This document shows positions 1 through 12,664 of a stretch of 64,000 bases of DNA, piece by piece; position 1 is the stretch's first letter; each line of letters starts with the position of its first letter. A program made the position numbers and the translations under genes. Source of the stretch: Mobula hypostoma (taxonomy: Eukaryota); the NCBI RefSeq assembly GCF_963921235.1, contig NC_086097.1, positions 9,238,001 to 9,302,000 of the forward strand, read 5' to 3'. The notes below the pieces were generated by a model, which was not told the DNA's origin, did no database searches, and was given only the letters and a program-made list of their open reading frames with translations.

Positions 1-74
1 CTTAGATCGATCAGAGCCTGCCCTCGGTTTAGGTGCATGGGCCCCGAATCTGCTTCTCCTTTAATAATTTAATT

Positions 75-245
75 ATTATGTTAAGTTAGAGTGAAAAAAA
101 CAACCATAAAAAAAATAGTGAGGTAGTGTATATGAGTTTATTGCCCATTCAGAAATCTGATGGTGGAGAGGAAGAAGTTGTTCCTGAAACATTGAGTGTG
201 TGTCTTCAGGATCCTTGATGTTAGATAAGAGAAGAGGGCATGAAA
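75..245 (-). mobile_element. Rex1/Babar-type LINE 3' fragment
   Basis: Resembles the gaagaagctgttcctgaa / agtgaggtagtg segment also at 42070-42200 and 47120-47210. Confidence 0.55.
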
Positions 246-539
246 GCATAGGTAAATATGTTGTTGTATAAGTTATGTATAACCTTTGCTAATTTAAGTT
301 TAAGTGAACTTCACTTCGTAATGTACTGTGTTGTTGTTAAAGGTTAATTTCTGAGGTATTTATACTCTAGGAACGTATGCCTATGACATTAAATCTGAAA
401 AACAGTGGAGCTGATCTAGCAGCCTAGCTAGTGATTATTCTTTAACATCAGGGATTGGCTTATTTCTGATTCAGGAGCTATTCTGTGTAAATTTTTTGCC
501 ATTTTTTCCTACATTATAACAATGGATCCCTTTTTAAAA

Positions 540-797
540 AATTATTTAGCAATATAGTGCAGAATAGGCACCCCGATTTAACGCTAACCTAATCACAGGA
601 CATTTTACAATGACAAATTAACCTACTAACCTGTATGTCTTTGGACTGTGGGAGGAATCTGGACACCCAGGAAAAACGCACACTTTCCCCTGGGAGGATA
701 TACAGACTGCTTTCAGATGACGTCAGAATCGAACTCCAAACTCCAGCACCCCAAGGTATAATAGCAGCATGCTAACCACAATGCCACCCTGATGCCC
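540..797 (-). mobile_element. tRNA-derived V-SINE-like element
   Basis: Reverse strand has a tRNA-like head and the core ttcctcccacagtccaaagacatac; about 10 related copies in the window. Confidence 0.7.
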
Positions 798-1164
798 ATA
801 CTGTTCCAATGTGGGTCACTGGCTATGAGACACTCTGAAAGGAGGTCAAAAATTACAACTTAAATAAATCTCACGGTCTTGGGATGTTCCAAAACACTGT
901 AGAGCGAACAATGTTCATTTGCAGTATGAATCCTTTTGGAATGTCAAAGTGACAGGAGCCAATATGTGCACAGCAAGTTTTCACTATCAACTCCGCCATG
1001 GATTATCCTAAGCCTGGCTGTGGAAGAAGAACAATTGGGCATGAGGCTAGCAAACACATCCCATAAAATCTCAGAGATAAAGAAATGCCAACAGAAGCTA
1101 CCTTAGCCCTGGGAGAATGAGGAACTTCGCCTGGAAGGCTTCTGTGGTGGCAGAGAGGAGAGAT

Positions 1165-1552
1165 CTGTGAAAGGTTTATAAGATTATGAGAGGGATGGAT
1201 AGAGTAGAGAGGGAGTATCTTTTTTGCAGGGTAGAAATACCTAATACCGGAGGACATGTATTTAAGGTGTGAGGGGGTAATTTCAAAGGAGCTGTACAGG
1301 CAACTTTTCTACACAGAGAGTGGTGGGTGCCTGGAATGTGCTGTCTGGTGTGGTAGCAGAAGCAGATACACTTGGGACCTTTAAGAGACCTTTAGATAGG
1401 CACATGAATATGAAGAAGATGGAGAGATATGGACATTCTGTAGGGAGCAGGGGTTAGTTTTTGAGGGTATTTGATTTACTTTTTAGTTGGTGCGGCATAA
1501 TAGTGGGCTGAAGGGCATGTTTCTGTGCTGTACTATTCAACGTTCTATGTCC
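1165..1552 (+). mobile_element. CR1 LINE 3' end, decayed
   Basis: Degenerate EVYKIMRG...FYTERVVGAWN coding remnant, CR1 3' UTR and ttctatg tail. Confidence 0.8.
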
Positions 1553-2949
1553 TAAGTTGTATGAAGTCGTGTAATGAAAGCTGAAGCCAAAAGACCGATC
1601 AATCTTCAATCGACCCAGGATAGAGGACTCTGGCGAGATGTTGTCAGTTGTTGCCCGAGTACGGCTAACGGGCTTAAGAAGAAAAAGAAAGTTTCACAAT
1701 TAGCAACACGATAATGATCAGATAATTGAAACAAGTTAGAGCTACAGTGGTTTGATGCTGAGCTGGCAGACTCTGCTCCGATTAATATCACAGATACATT
1801 GGCAAACTAATGGATATACTTGCCGTTATTATTTTATTTGTCCTAATGATCTAATGCTTCTCCATAACAAAATCTCTGCCCCAATTGACGCTTTTAAGTA
1901 TGGTGGTCAGTCTTCAAAATGTCTCCATCTCTTTAATGGCAGATTACTGTACTTTCTCAGCTTTCACAGTTTAGGACTTTAATCCCTGGAGCGTAGGAGA
2001 ATGAAGGGAGATTTGACAGAGGTATACAAAATTACAAGGGGTATAGATAGGGCTGGTTGGTGGCGTGGAGATACATCTCTACTAAAGGAAGTGTAACATC
2101 TCGTTCCCTCCGCTAGCCTGCAGGTCACCCTTGGCCTTGAGCAAGGTTTAGCAGATGGTTAGTCCCCACACACGACCAGGTGAGATTTCTTAATTTTGTA
2201 GAAATCATTCTCGGATGATGGGAGGGAAGAACAATGAGATTCTGTGGGATAATGCCATGTAATCCATCTATGTATATAAACTATCTTACGTAATTATAGT
2301 TTATGTTTTTATTGCTACTATTATTATTAATATAATTATTGCTTTCTTTATGCTTTGTGGGTTTTTTTGTGCTAAATCAGATCCAGAGTAAGAATTATTT
2401 CATTCTCCTTTCAACTTGTGTGCTGGGAATGGCATGAAACAACCCTGAATCCTGAATCTTGATGTGCAGTTGTAGAGCAGTGTTGAAGTGGGATATGGAA
2501 TGGTTGAGGTTCAGGTGTGTGAGCAGAGAGTTATGGTTCAGGTGTGATTGGAGAGAGGAGGTAGGGCATGTTTGCTGAAGTGTAGATGACAGGTAAGAAG
2601 TGGGAGTTACAAGAGTTTGGGATAGCAAGTGGGAATAAAGAGTGGCAATGGAGAATTGGAGGCTCTGGAGTGAGGTTTGTATATTGCAAGGTGGGGGATA
2701 GGATTGGCTCACATCTTCAAAGTTTTGCAGTTTTATACTGTATATCCAATTTTCCACACAACAGGTCTTCCCTCTTTGGCAAGGCTGAAGAATTACACTG
2801 GTAGGGTGCTCATCTTTTAGTACAGACCATCAGTATTTAAACAGCCTTATGTGGCGTTTTAACACCATTTACAGCAATTGACAAATATCCATCTTTGGGT
2901 GGAGATGAAGTCACAGAGGAGGCCATTGGATAATGATGACTTTCGAGTT

Positions 2950-3082
2950 TCTGTCCTTGTGAAGAGTCTTGGCCCAAAATGTCATCTCTTTTCCACAGAT
3001 GCCTCCTGACCTGCTGAATTCCGTCAGCATTTTATGTGCATTGCTTTGGATTTCCAGCATCTGCAGACTCTCTCATGTGTAT
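2950..3082 (+). mobile_element. Penelope-like element end (pLTR), decayed hammerhead region
   Basis: gaagagtcttggcccaaaatgtc...cctgacctgctgaattcc...tttccagcatctgcag, shared with about 20 copies. Confidence 0.7.
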
Positions 3083-3444
3083 GATACCTCCTGGTCTGCT
3101 GGTCTGAAAGATCTAGGAGGGGATGTTTGACTGACAGTAGGCTCAGTGGCATCCAGTTAGAGATTAACCACTTTAAACGACTGAGTTAGGTTCACTTACG
3201 TCTGCTTAATTACATTGGTAGCCTCATTTGGAAGTATTTGACTTTTGTAGTTAAACAAAATGCAACTATTATCATCCCTTTAAATTAACACACACAAAAT
3301 GCTTGAGGAACCCAGAAGGCAGCATCCATGGAAAGGAATAAAGAGTTGATGTTTCAGGCCGAGACCCTTTGATTAACTTCATCTCTTGTGTTTATAATTC
3401 TTTCAAATCTTGCCATGTTCTTAGATTCTTAATTCTATATCTCT

Positions 3445-4090
3445 TAATAATAATAATAATAGTAATAACTTATTTATAGAGCACTTTTCATACAGACAAT
3501 ATAGTTCAAAGTGTTTTACAATGGGATAAAGTGCAAACATGTGAAATGCATTGCAGTAATTTCATCTATTCAATATAACGCTGTGAATGAGTTATTCTAT
3601 TACTGTTATGAAAATAAAAGACAAAAAGATGAAAGTTAAAAGCAAGGTTAAATAAATAGAGTTTGAGCTGGTGTTTAGAAGTGTCAACTGAGTCTGCACC
3701 CCTTATAGTTTTAGGTATTAACTTCCACAGGTTAGGAACGTTGTTCAAAAATCTGACCTGCCAATTATTTTTTGAGGGAAATTATTAAATTTAAGAGACT
3801 GGCAGAAGAAAACCTGAGAATGCGAGCAAGATTATAAAACAAAAGCAATTCTGTGATATAGTCTGGTCCTAGACCATTGACAACTTTAAAAACAAGTGAG
3901 AGAACGTTAAAATCAACTCTAAAAAAACTACTGGAAGCCAATGCAGAATAATTAGGATCAGACTGATGTGCTTCCTCATCCTGGGTTTTTGTTAAAAGTC
4001 TAGCAGTGTTCTGAATGAGTTGAACCTTGTCAATTTATTGCTTTGGAAGGTCAGTAAAATGCATTGCAGTAACAGTAATCTAGTCTATTC
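3445..4090 (-). mobile_element. L2 LINE 3' fragment
   Basis: ORF 3566-3748 PNLWKLIPKTIRGADSVDTSKHQLKLYLFNLAF resembles the L2 ORF2 C-terminus; (TTA)n tail. Confidence 0.75.
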
Positions 4091-4100
4091 GATATGAGAG

Positions 4101-4488
4101 CATCATCATCATCATTATCAACATTATGTGCTGTGTCTTATGACATGGGCCATCATGGTCTGTGACCATGATTGTTCGTGACACATTTTTCTACAGAAGT
4201 GGTTTGCCATTGCCTTCTTCTGGGCGGTGACTTTACAGGAAGGACAAGTCCAGCCATTATCATACTCTTCAGAGATTGTTTGCCTGGCGTTACTGATCAC
4301 ATAACCAGGACTTGTGATATGCACCAGCTACTCATACGACCATCCACCACCTGCTCCCATGGCTGCACGTGACCCTGATTGGGGGACAAAGTAGGTGTTA
4401 CGGCTTGCCCAAGGGTGACCTGCAGGCTAGTGGAGGGAAGAAGCACTTTACAACTCCTTTGGTAGAAACGTAGCTCCACCCTCCCATC
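4101..4488 (-). mobile_element. RTE-related non-autonomous retroelement
   Basis: gaaggcaatggcaaaccact motif and (GAT)n tail; related copies at 20540-20905 (+), 2051-2185 and 44983-45080. Confidence 0.7.
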
Positions 4489-5404
4489 GTTATATGAAGG
4501 CACGAGCTAGTTTTTCCATTATTTGCACTTCAGCATTGCTTTCTGCACCGCAGTGTGCACTACAATCTTTGCACCATTCTGTAGCCTGTGCTGGTCACTG
4601 CATTTATTGCTGAATTTCTTATAAGCATGCATACTGTTCATTCTGTGAGCTTCACACAAACAAAGGATTTCATTGCATCCTGGTATATATTGCTATCAGT
4701 TTATCTGAATGAGAATTACAATGCAGGTGGGGGTATAAGGAGCTTAACAGTTTACACCTGTAAGAACCTCATAGTTAGTTATAATAATAACATGGTAACA
4801 GGCCTTTCATTGCAACTCATCCACACTCACCACGCTACAAGCCATCTACCTGCACCTGACACATTCCCCTCTAAATCTGACCCAACCATGCAATTCTCCA
4901 AATGTGTTTTAAATGTTGTTATTGTTTCAACCATTGCTTCAACCATCTTTTTTGCCAGTTCATTCCACATTTTGAAAGTAAGATTATAGTTTGAATGTTT
5001 TTTTATTAATCTTGTTAATGATAATATTTTATGTGCTGTGTGTGATGTATGTATTGTGGGAGCACTGTGATCTGGAGGAATGTTGTTTCATTTGCTTGTT
5101 TCTATGTATTGTCAGATAATAACAAACGTGAACTTGAACATCACCCTCTGCATGAAGAAGCTTTCCTTCAAGTCCTTTTTAAATCATTCAGCTCTCACCC
5201 TAATGCTATGCCCTCTAGTTTTTAGTTTTCCTTCCGAGAAAATTATTATACGCGTTCACCCTCTCTATTACCCCAATGATTTCATGATTTTATACACCTC
5301 TATAAGATTACTTCTTAAACTCTTTATGTTCCAGGGAATAAAATCCTAACCTGCCCAACCTCTCCCTGTAACTCAGGCACTGAAGTCCTGGTGGCATTCT
5401 CATA

Positions 5405-5745
5405 ATGATCGTGTGGATAGTCAGAGGCTTTTTCCCCAGGGCTGAAATGGCTATCACGAGAGGGCACAGTTTTAAGGTGTTTGGAAGTAGGTACGGAGGA
5501 GATGTCAGGGGTAAGTTTTTTTATACAGAGAGTAGTCAGTGCGTGGAATGAGCTGCTGGTGGTGGTGGTGGAGGCAGGTACGGTACCGTCTTTTAAGAGG
5601 CTCCTGGATAGGTATATGAAGTTTAGAAAAATAGAGGGCTATGGGTAACCCTAGCTAATTTCTAAAGTTAGTATATGTTCGGCACCCAGGATTGTGGGCT
5701 GAAAGGCCTGTTGGTGATGTAGTTTTTTTATGTTTCTATGTTTCT
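5405..5745 (+). mobile_element. CR1 LINE 3' end
   Basis: TRGHSFKV...RVVSAWNEL remnant and (tttctatg)2 tail; abuts an oppositely oriented CR1 fragment at about 5135-5400. Confidence 0.8.
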
Positions 5746-5932
5746 ATAATGTATAAAGAAAATGAGGAAAATGATCAGCAATATTAAATGAGGTCTCAAA
5801 TCTGTTTTTTTTTGTTTTCTCAAAACCAGTTACTTTCCCAAGCAGTATGGCTGATCATCACCTTCACCCACCAACCCACTCCACCACAATTCTTACCACC
5901 ACTACTTTATCATTTCCTGTCAGAGTCACCTT

Positions 5933-8125
5933 ATGTACGGACAAATGACACTTAAAGGATTGACGGTGGATATGCAATGGCAAGCATTTAAAGATTGCAT
6001 GGATGAACTACAACAATTGTTCATCCCAGTTTGGCAAAAGAATAAATCAAGGAAGGTAGTGCACCCGTGGCTGACAAGAGAAATTAGGGATAGTATCAAT
6101 TCCAAAGAAGAAGCATACAAATTAGCCAGAGAAAGTGGCTCACCTGAGGACTGGGAGAAATTCAAAGTTCAGCAGAGGAGGACAAAGGGCTTAATTAGGA
6201 AGGGGAAAAAAGATTATGAGAGAAAACTGGCAGGGAACATAAAAACGGACTGTAAAAGCTTTTATAGATATGTAAAAAGGAAAAGACTGGTAAAGACAAA
6301 TGTAGGTCCCCTGCAGACAGAAACAGGTGAATTGATTATGGGGAGCAAGGACATGGCAGACCAATTGAATAATTACTTTGGTTCTGTCTTCACTAAGGAG
6401 GACATAAATAATCTTCCAGAAATAGTAGGGGACAGAGGGTCCAGTGAGATGGAAGAACTGAGCGAAATACATGTTAGTAGGGAAGTGGTGTTAGGTAAAC
6501 TGAAGGGATTGAAGGCAGATAAATCCCCAGGGCCAGATGGTCTGCATCCTAGAGTGCTTAAGGAAGTAGCCCAAGAAATAGTGGATGCATTAGTGATAAT
6601 TTTTCAAAACTCGTTAGATTCTGGACTAGTTCCTGAGGATTGGAGGGTGGCTAATGTAACCCCACTTTTTAAAAAAGGAGGGAGAGAGAAACCGGGGAAT
6701 TATAGACCAATTAGCCTAACGTCGGTGGTGGGGAAACTGCTGGAGTCAGTTATCAAGGATGTGATAACAGCACATTTGGAAAGCGGTGAAATGATCGGAC
6801 AAAGTCAGCATGGATTTGTGAAAGGAAAATCATGTCTGACGAATCTCATAGAATTTTTTGAGGATGTAACTAGTAGAGTGGATAGGGGAGAACCAGTGGA
6901 TGTGGTATATTTGAATTTTCAAAAGGCTTTTGACAAGGTCCCACACAGGAGATTAGTGTGCAAACTTAAAGCACACGGTATTGGGGGTAGGGTATTGGTG
7001 TGGGTGGAGAATTGGTTAGCAGACAGGAAGCAAAGAGTGGGAATAAACGGGACCTTTTCAGAATGGCAGGCAGTGACTAGTGGGGTACCGCAAGGCTCAG
7101 TGCTGGGACCCCAGTTGTTTACAATATATATTAATGACTTGGATGAGGGAATTAAATGCAGCATCTCCAAGTTTGCGGATGACACGAAGCTGGGTGGCAG
7201 TGTTAGCTGTGAGGAGGATGCTAAGAGGATGCAGGGTGACTTGGATAGGTTGGGTGAGTGGGCAAATTCATGGCAGATGCAATTTAATGTGGATAAATGT
7301 GAAGTTATCCACTTTAGTGGCAAAAATAGGAAAACAGATTATTATCTAAATGGTGGCCGATTAGGAAAAGGGGAGGTGCAACGAGACCTGGGTGTCATTA
7401 TACACCAGTCATTGAAAGTGGGCATGCAGGTACAGCAGGCGGTGAAAAAGGCAAATGGTATGCTGGCATTTATAGTGAGAGGATTCGAGTACAGGAGCAG
7501 GGAGGTACTACTGCAGTTGTACAAGGCCTTGGTGAGACCACACCTGGAGTATTGTGTGCAGTTTTGGTCCCCTAATCTGAGGAAAGACATCCTTGCCATA
7601 GAGGGAGTACAAAGAAGGTTCACCAGATTGATTCCTGGGATGGCAGGACTTTCATATGAAGAAAGACTGGATGAACTGGGATTGTACTCGTTGGAATTTA
7701 GAAGATTGAAGGGGGATCTGATTGAAACGTATAAGATCCTAAAGGGATTGGACAGGCTAGATGCAGGAAGATTGTTCCCGATGTTGGGGAAGTCCAGAAC
7801 GAGGGGCCACAGTTTGAGGATAGAGGGGAAGCCTTTTAGGACCGAGATTAGGAAAAACTTCTTCACACAGAGAGTGGTGAATCTGTGGAATTCTCTGCCA
7901 CAGGAAACAGTTGAGGCCAGTTCATTGGCTATATTTAAGAGGGAGTTAGATATGGCCCTTGTGACTACGGGGGCCAGGGGGTATGGAGGGAAGTCTGGGG
8001 CGGGGTTCTGCCATGATCATAATAAATGGTGGTGCAGGCTCGAAGGGCCGAATAGCCTACTCCTGCACCTATTTTCTATGTTTCTATGTTTCTATGACAC
8101 TCCTGTACCTACCGTCACTCTGTAG
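5933..8125 (+). pseudogene. Young 5'-truncated CR1 LINE ORF2 (reverse transcriptase); element about 5940-8096
   Basis: 730-aa open frame with KSPGPDG, NYRPISLTS, QHGF, GVPQGSVLGP, FADD and RPHLEYC; no endonuclease; (tttctatg)3 tail at 8073-8096. Confidence 0.95.
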
Positions 8126-8159
8126 ACATACAGTCTATCTATGTATATATTTAAGGTTA

Positions 8160-8995
8160 GGGTTAGATATAACAGAAGCGGCTGAGCAGAGAGTACTGCA
8201 GCACAACTTATCTCATGCCCCATGCTGCACAGAACATCGCATATCATTTGTGAAAGAAAGCTCCAAGTCAAGCGTGTACAGCACAGGTTCACGATCAAGC
8301 ATACTTTCTTCAGCCAATGATTGATGTGTCAAGGCTGACCTGGACGGGAAAGGCAGTTTCCCGGAGCAAATAGCTTTCACCACATTGCGTGCAGATACAA
8401 TCGTATGGTCTGACAGCAGTAGAGAAGTGGTTATTGGTGAACTCACAGTCCCCTGGGAAGACAACATCGATGAAGCCCATGAGAGCAAGTTAACCAAGTA
8501 GGCAAAATTAAGATCAGAATGCAGTGAGAGAAGGTGGAAGGTCTCATGCTATCCATTTGAAGTAGGCTGCCGTGGGTTTATTGCGTTCACTCTCCAGAAG
8601 TGGCTGAGTGACCTTGGCTTCACTAGAAGAGAGATCAAGTCAACCAGCAGGGCTGTAGCTGAGGCAGCAGAGACAGGATCAGCATGGGTGTGGACCATGT
8701 ATGTCCAGAGGGGCAGATAGTCAGACAGTGTATACATATCTTGCAAACCCTTCAGTAGTTGGATAGACACCTGAAGAGCAGACTATCTGTTGGGTGAAAG
8801 TGACCAACAACTCTGATAGAGGCAGATGTCAAGTTTTTAAGCTCACCAGTGGGAGGTGGTGCTTTAGCACTGCTGGCCCACCACCTCGAGGGAGTCTTGG
8901 TCATAAATGGGATGAAACTCCTGAAGATGGGTGGCAGATCAACTGATGATCCCACTGGTGATAGCACAGGACAGTTAACATCTTAGTCCATGTGT
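8160..8995 (+). mobile_element. HERO-clade (R2-group, restriction-like endonuclease) non-LTR retrotransposon, 3' fragment
   Basis: Read-through translation ...TTLRADTIVWS..EVVIGELTVPWEDNIDEAHESKLTK*...YPFEVGCRGF...AEAAETGSAWVW; two internal stops; ends TAG 8718-8720; structured 3' UTR. Confidence 0.85.
8891..8954 (+). ncRNA. Candidate non-circularly permuted hammerhead ribozyme
   Basis: GUC 8894-8896, GAAA 8914-8917, CUGAUGA 8943-8949; stems III (8891-95/8917-21), I (8897-8902/8937-42) and II (8950-54/8908-12) all pair. Confidence 0.7.
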
Positions 8996-10119
8996 ATTTT
9001 TAATTCGGGGATTTATATTTATTGTATTTTGTTATTATTGTGTTGTTTGTGCTGCATCAGATCTGGAGTAACAATTATTTTGTTCTCCTTTACACAGGTG
9101 TACTGGAAATGGCATGAAACAATCTTGAATCTTGACTGAATGAGGTAGAATTACATGGAATTTCCTGTTACGAACTTCTCTATAACTCAGCTAATGCTCC
9201 AAAGCTGGCAACTGCATATTATGATATTTTTAATCCGCCTGCAAGATGCAAGGTTGAGAAACCTACTTCCAAGTCACTGAAATGGAAGCCCTTTGTAAGT
9301 AGCAGCAGCGGTCCATAATTGAATACCAAAATATAAGTAATCTGATTAGGTCAACAGAACAGAAAACTGCTTGTGAGGAGAGGAAACAGCAGCACCCACA
9401 TTTATTCCACTTCCTGGCAGATGAAATCATAACATGGGTGTAGTGGCTACTTGAAAAAGAAAGCAGAATCGCTGAGAGACTGAGTGAGTGAATTAAAACT
9501 GTGTGGCGCGTTTCCAATAAACTGAGTTCCAAATCAAGAAAGTATGTTTGATCTTTTATTATAAAACCAGCAAAAATGAATGGTCAAAAATAGTGATAAA
9601 TGAAATTAATGATACTAACAAAATTAGCGAATTTAGTGATGCCAGCGTTATAAGCAAATTTATCATTCAACAAATAATATCCATCCCCTGCTCAGCCTCT
9701 CTCTAACTGAACTAGCGGCATGCAGGGTGAATATGTAACTATACACATTTGCTTCTACCACGCCACTACCCATGTGACAAATTACTGTAAACCAAAATAA
9801 AAACGCGCAACACAACATACAACAGACAGACAGAAAATAGATACGTGGCTCCTACAGTGGGGTTAAATTAAGAATGGTAGCTATGGGTTAAAAATGGTAC
9901 ATGTTTAGTTCCAGTGATTGGACAATGAGATCTAATGTAATTCCCTATTAACTCTAAGACTCTTCCTAAGACTTCAATGTCCTTCTGGGTTTCCAGTTCC
10001 TTCTGTTCAAGTGTGAAGGTCAATTGAACGGTATAAAGATTCATTATTCCATATAGTTTTAAATAATTCCTGCATGATTTTTGTGCAGCTCAGAGAAAAT
10101 AGGGAAATGGTTTCAACAG

Positions 10120-10372
10120 ATATGAGAGGAAAAACTTCTTCACACAGAGGGTTGTGGTTCTGTGGAATGCTCTGCCTCAGAAGGCAGTGGAGGCCAGTTC
10201 TCTGAATTCTTTCAAAAAAGAGTTAGATAGAGCTCTTAAAGATAGCGGAGTGAAGGGATATGAGGAAAAGGCAGGAAAAGGGTACTGATTGTGGATAATC
10301 AGCCATGATCACAGTGAATGGCGGTGCTGGCTCGAAGGGCTAAATGGCCTAATCCTACACCTATTGTCTATT
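10120..10372 (+). mobile_element. CR1 LINE 3' end
   Basis: MRGKNFFTQRVVVLWNALP remnant and (ctattgt)n tail. Confidence 0.85.
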
Positions 10373-10408
10373 GAGAGTGTTACCAAAGTATCTTCTATTT
10401 TATATATA

Positions 10409-10612
10409 GGCATCCGTTAGTCCCGTGAGACCATGGATTTGTGCCTTGGAAGGTTTCCAGGGTGCAGGCCTGGGCAAGGTTGTAAGGAAGACCGCAGTTG
10501 CCCATGCTGCAAGTCTCCCCTCTCCACGCCACCAATGTTGTCCAAGGGAAGGGCACTAGGACCGATAGAGCTTGGCACCGGTGTCGTCGCAGAGCAATGT
10601 ATGGTTAAGTGC
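10409..10612 (-). mobile_element. 5'-truncated SINE with RTE-type tail
   Basis: Same family as 16936-17228; direct repeat cttctattt at 10392-10400 and 10623-10631. Confidence 0.75.
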
Positions 10613-11119
10613 CGTGCTAAACCTTCTATTTAAACTGGCAAAAAAATAGATTCCTCCTGTTGGCCTTCCAGTTATGACTACAATAGCTACCAAAAGATTT
10701 AATGACATAACTTTTTGCTATTAATATCTCCTACTGCTTCTAAAACAAGCAATTTTTTTCTTATTTAATATCTGCAAAATTCTTCATGACAACCTTAGGT
10801 CTGAACGTTATAAGGATATGTGTTGAATCCAGTTGTTCCACAAACTTTATATTTCTGATACATGAACTGTGGTTTCAACATTATTCTAAATGGATTACAT
10901 CTCTAAATGTATTGATTGCACATTTCTGTGAAATGTTGCACCACTGGAATGCTCCAGATATTTATTTTGCTTATTATAATTAACTTTATTCACATTAGGA
11001 GGTGATGGGGATGGAAGTTTAGTCCTGTTTTCAAAGTGTATCTTTGAATGTCTAGGAATGCATGTCAGTTATCATTTATATAACATATTATTAAGGGCTT
11101 TCAAACTGTATCTATTACA

Positions 11120-11505
11120 CTATAAACACAAGAAAATCTGCAGATGCTGGAAAGCCACAACAACACATGCAAAATGCTGGAGGAACTCAGCAGGTCAGGC
11201 AGCATCTATGGGAATGATTGGTAAATCAAGGTTTCAGGCCAAGACTCTTCATCAGGACTGGAAAGGAAGGGGGAAGATGCCGGAATAAAAAGGTGGAGGG
11301 AGGGGAAAGAGGACTAGCTAGAGATAGGCAGGTGAGAAGTGCTAAGAGGCCAGAGTGGGGAATAAAAGAAGAGGGGAGGAGGAGGGATAATATTTTTTAC
11401 CGGAAGGAGAAATCAATATTCATTTCATCAGTTTGGAGACTACTCAGAAGTTGCTCCTCCACCTTGAGGGTAACATTGAGGAGGCCGTGGACCGATATGT
11501 TTGAA
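11120..11505 (-). mobile_element. Penelope-like element 3' fragment
   Basis: ORF 11397-11633 ends ISVHGLLN..LKVEEQLLSSLQTDEMNIDFSFR (PLE GIY-YIG C-terminus), followed by a pyrimidine-rich UTR and pLTR. Confidence 0.8.
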
Positions 11506-12664
11506 CAGCAACTTCTTTTACACAATATTGCTCTGCAATTCACTGCTTCGAGATTCGAGATTAAAGATCGCTTAATGGCATTTCCAGTACACAAGTGTAA
11601 AGCAGAATGAACTAATTGTTGCCGCACAAACACAATAAGATAGAGAACACAATAGTAACAAATACAATGAATATGAAAATATATGAAAGCTTATATACAG
11701 TAGATTGATTGTATGTAGATAAAGTGACTAGACACAGCAGTGTCTGTACATAAGGTGTCCTTTGACAGGAATTGATAAAGTAGTGGTGGTGGATGGTGTG
11801 GTTGTGGGTGGAGGAGTTGATAAGCCTTACTGCTTAGGGAAAGAGACTGATTTTGAGCCCCGAAGAAGGGTCTCAGCCCAAAACGGTGACTATTTATTCA
11901 TTTCCATAGATGTTGCCTAACCTGCTGTGTTCCTCCATCATTTTGTGTATATTGCGTTGGATTTCCATCTTCTGCAGTTTCTCATGTTTCAAGCAGAGAT
12001 GATTGCTTTATTTCTGCATAGCTGATGTGCAGCCTCCTCTCTGATGTGAGTAGAATATAACAGTCCACGAGCAGGGTGGGTGGGCACCTTTCTCTATATA
12101 TGTCCTTGACAGCGAGGACACTAGTGACAGTGAAGCATTTAATCTTCTTATCTCTGGCTTTTGGTGACCTATTATGACTTCCAAGATAGTTTAGTAAGCC
12201 AATCACTTGATAAGCGATAGAGATCGAATGGCAATGAGGAATTGACAATGATGGCAAAATGCCCAAATACTGTATTTCAAGAAAATTATCTAAAAATTGT
12301 AAGAATTCTCAATGTTACAGTTAAATAGGCTATAATAGTTTTAGAATACACAAACAGATATCAGGGAACTCATTTCATCCAATTCAGTCAAGGTACTGTT
12401 AAGGAACAGCGAAGTAATTTTTGCAATATTACCTGAGCACACAAAATACAAGTAATATTTCTGGAATCTCCATGGAAGTGTCTAGACCCTATGTCCATAT
12501 GTCCTGTTGAAAACTCACTGCTCTTGGAAGAAAGTATAATGAGGGCTAACTAAAAACAAAAGAATTGTAAAGTATTGAGAAATATCATTAGCTACTTTTA
12601 ACTTTCCTTTATATACTAGATCAAGATAGCAAACAGAGATGCTTGCCTTATTTCAGCATTGGAA

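Larger units (their letters stand above)
5855..9135 (+). mobile_element. Rex1-type LINE 3' UTR split by CR1 and HERO insertions
   Basis: Pieces 5855-5938, 8097-8150 and about 8995-9135 join into the sequence seen uninterrupted at 11545-11810 (-); aatcttgaatcttga tail. Confidence 0.65.

Noticed and set aside
6191..7866. Long antisense ORFs over the CR1
   Set aside because: Shadow frames of the RT coding strand
8151..8166. TTAAGG-TTAGGG-TTAG telomere-like sequence at the HERO 5' junction
   Set aside because: Fewer than three units, and partly explainable as element coding sequence
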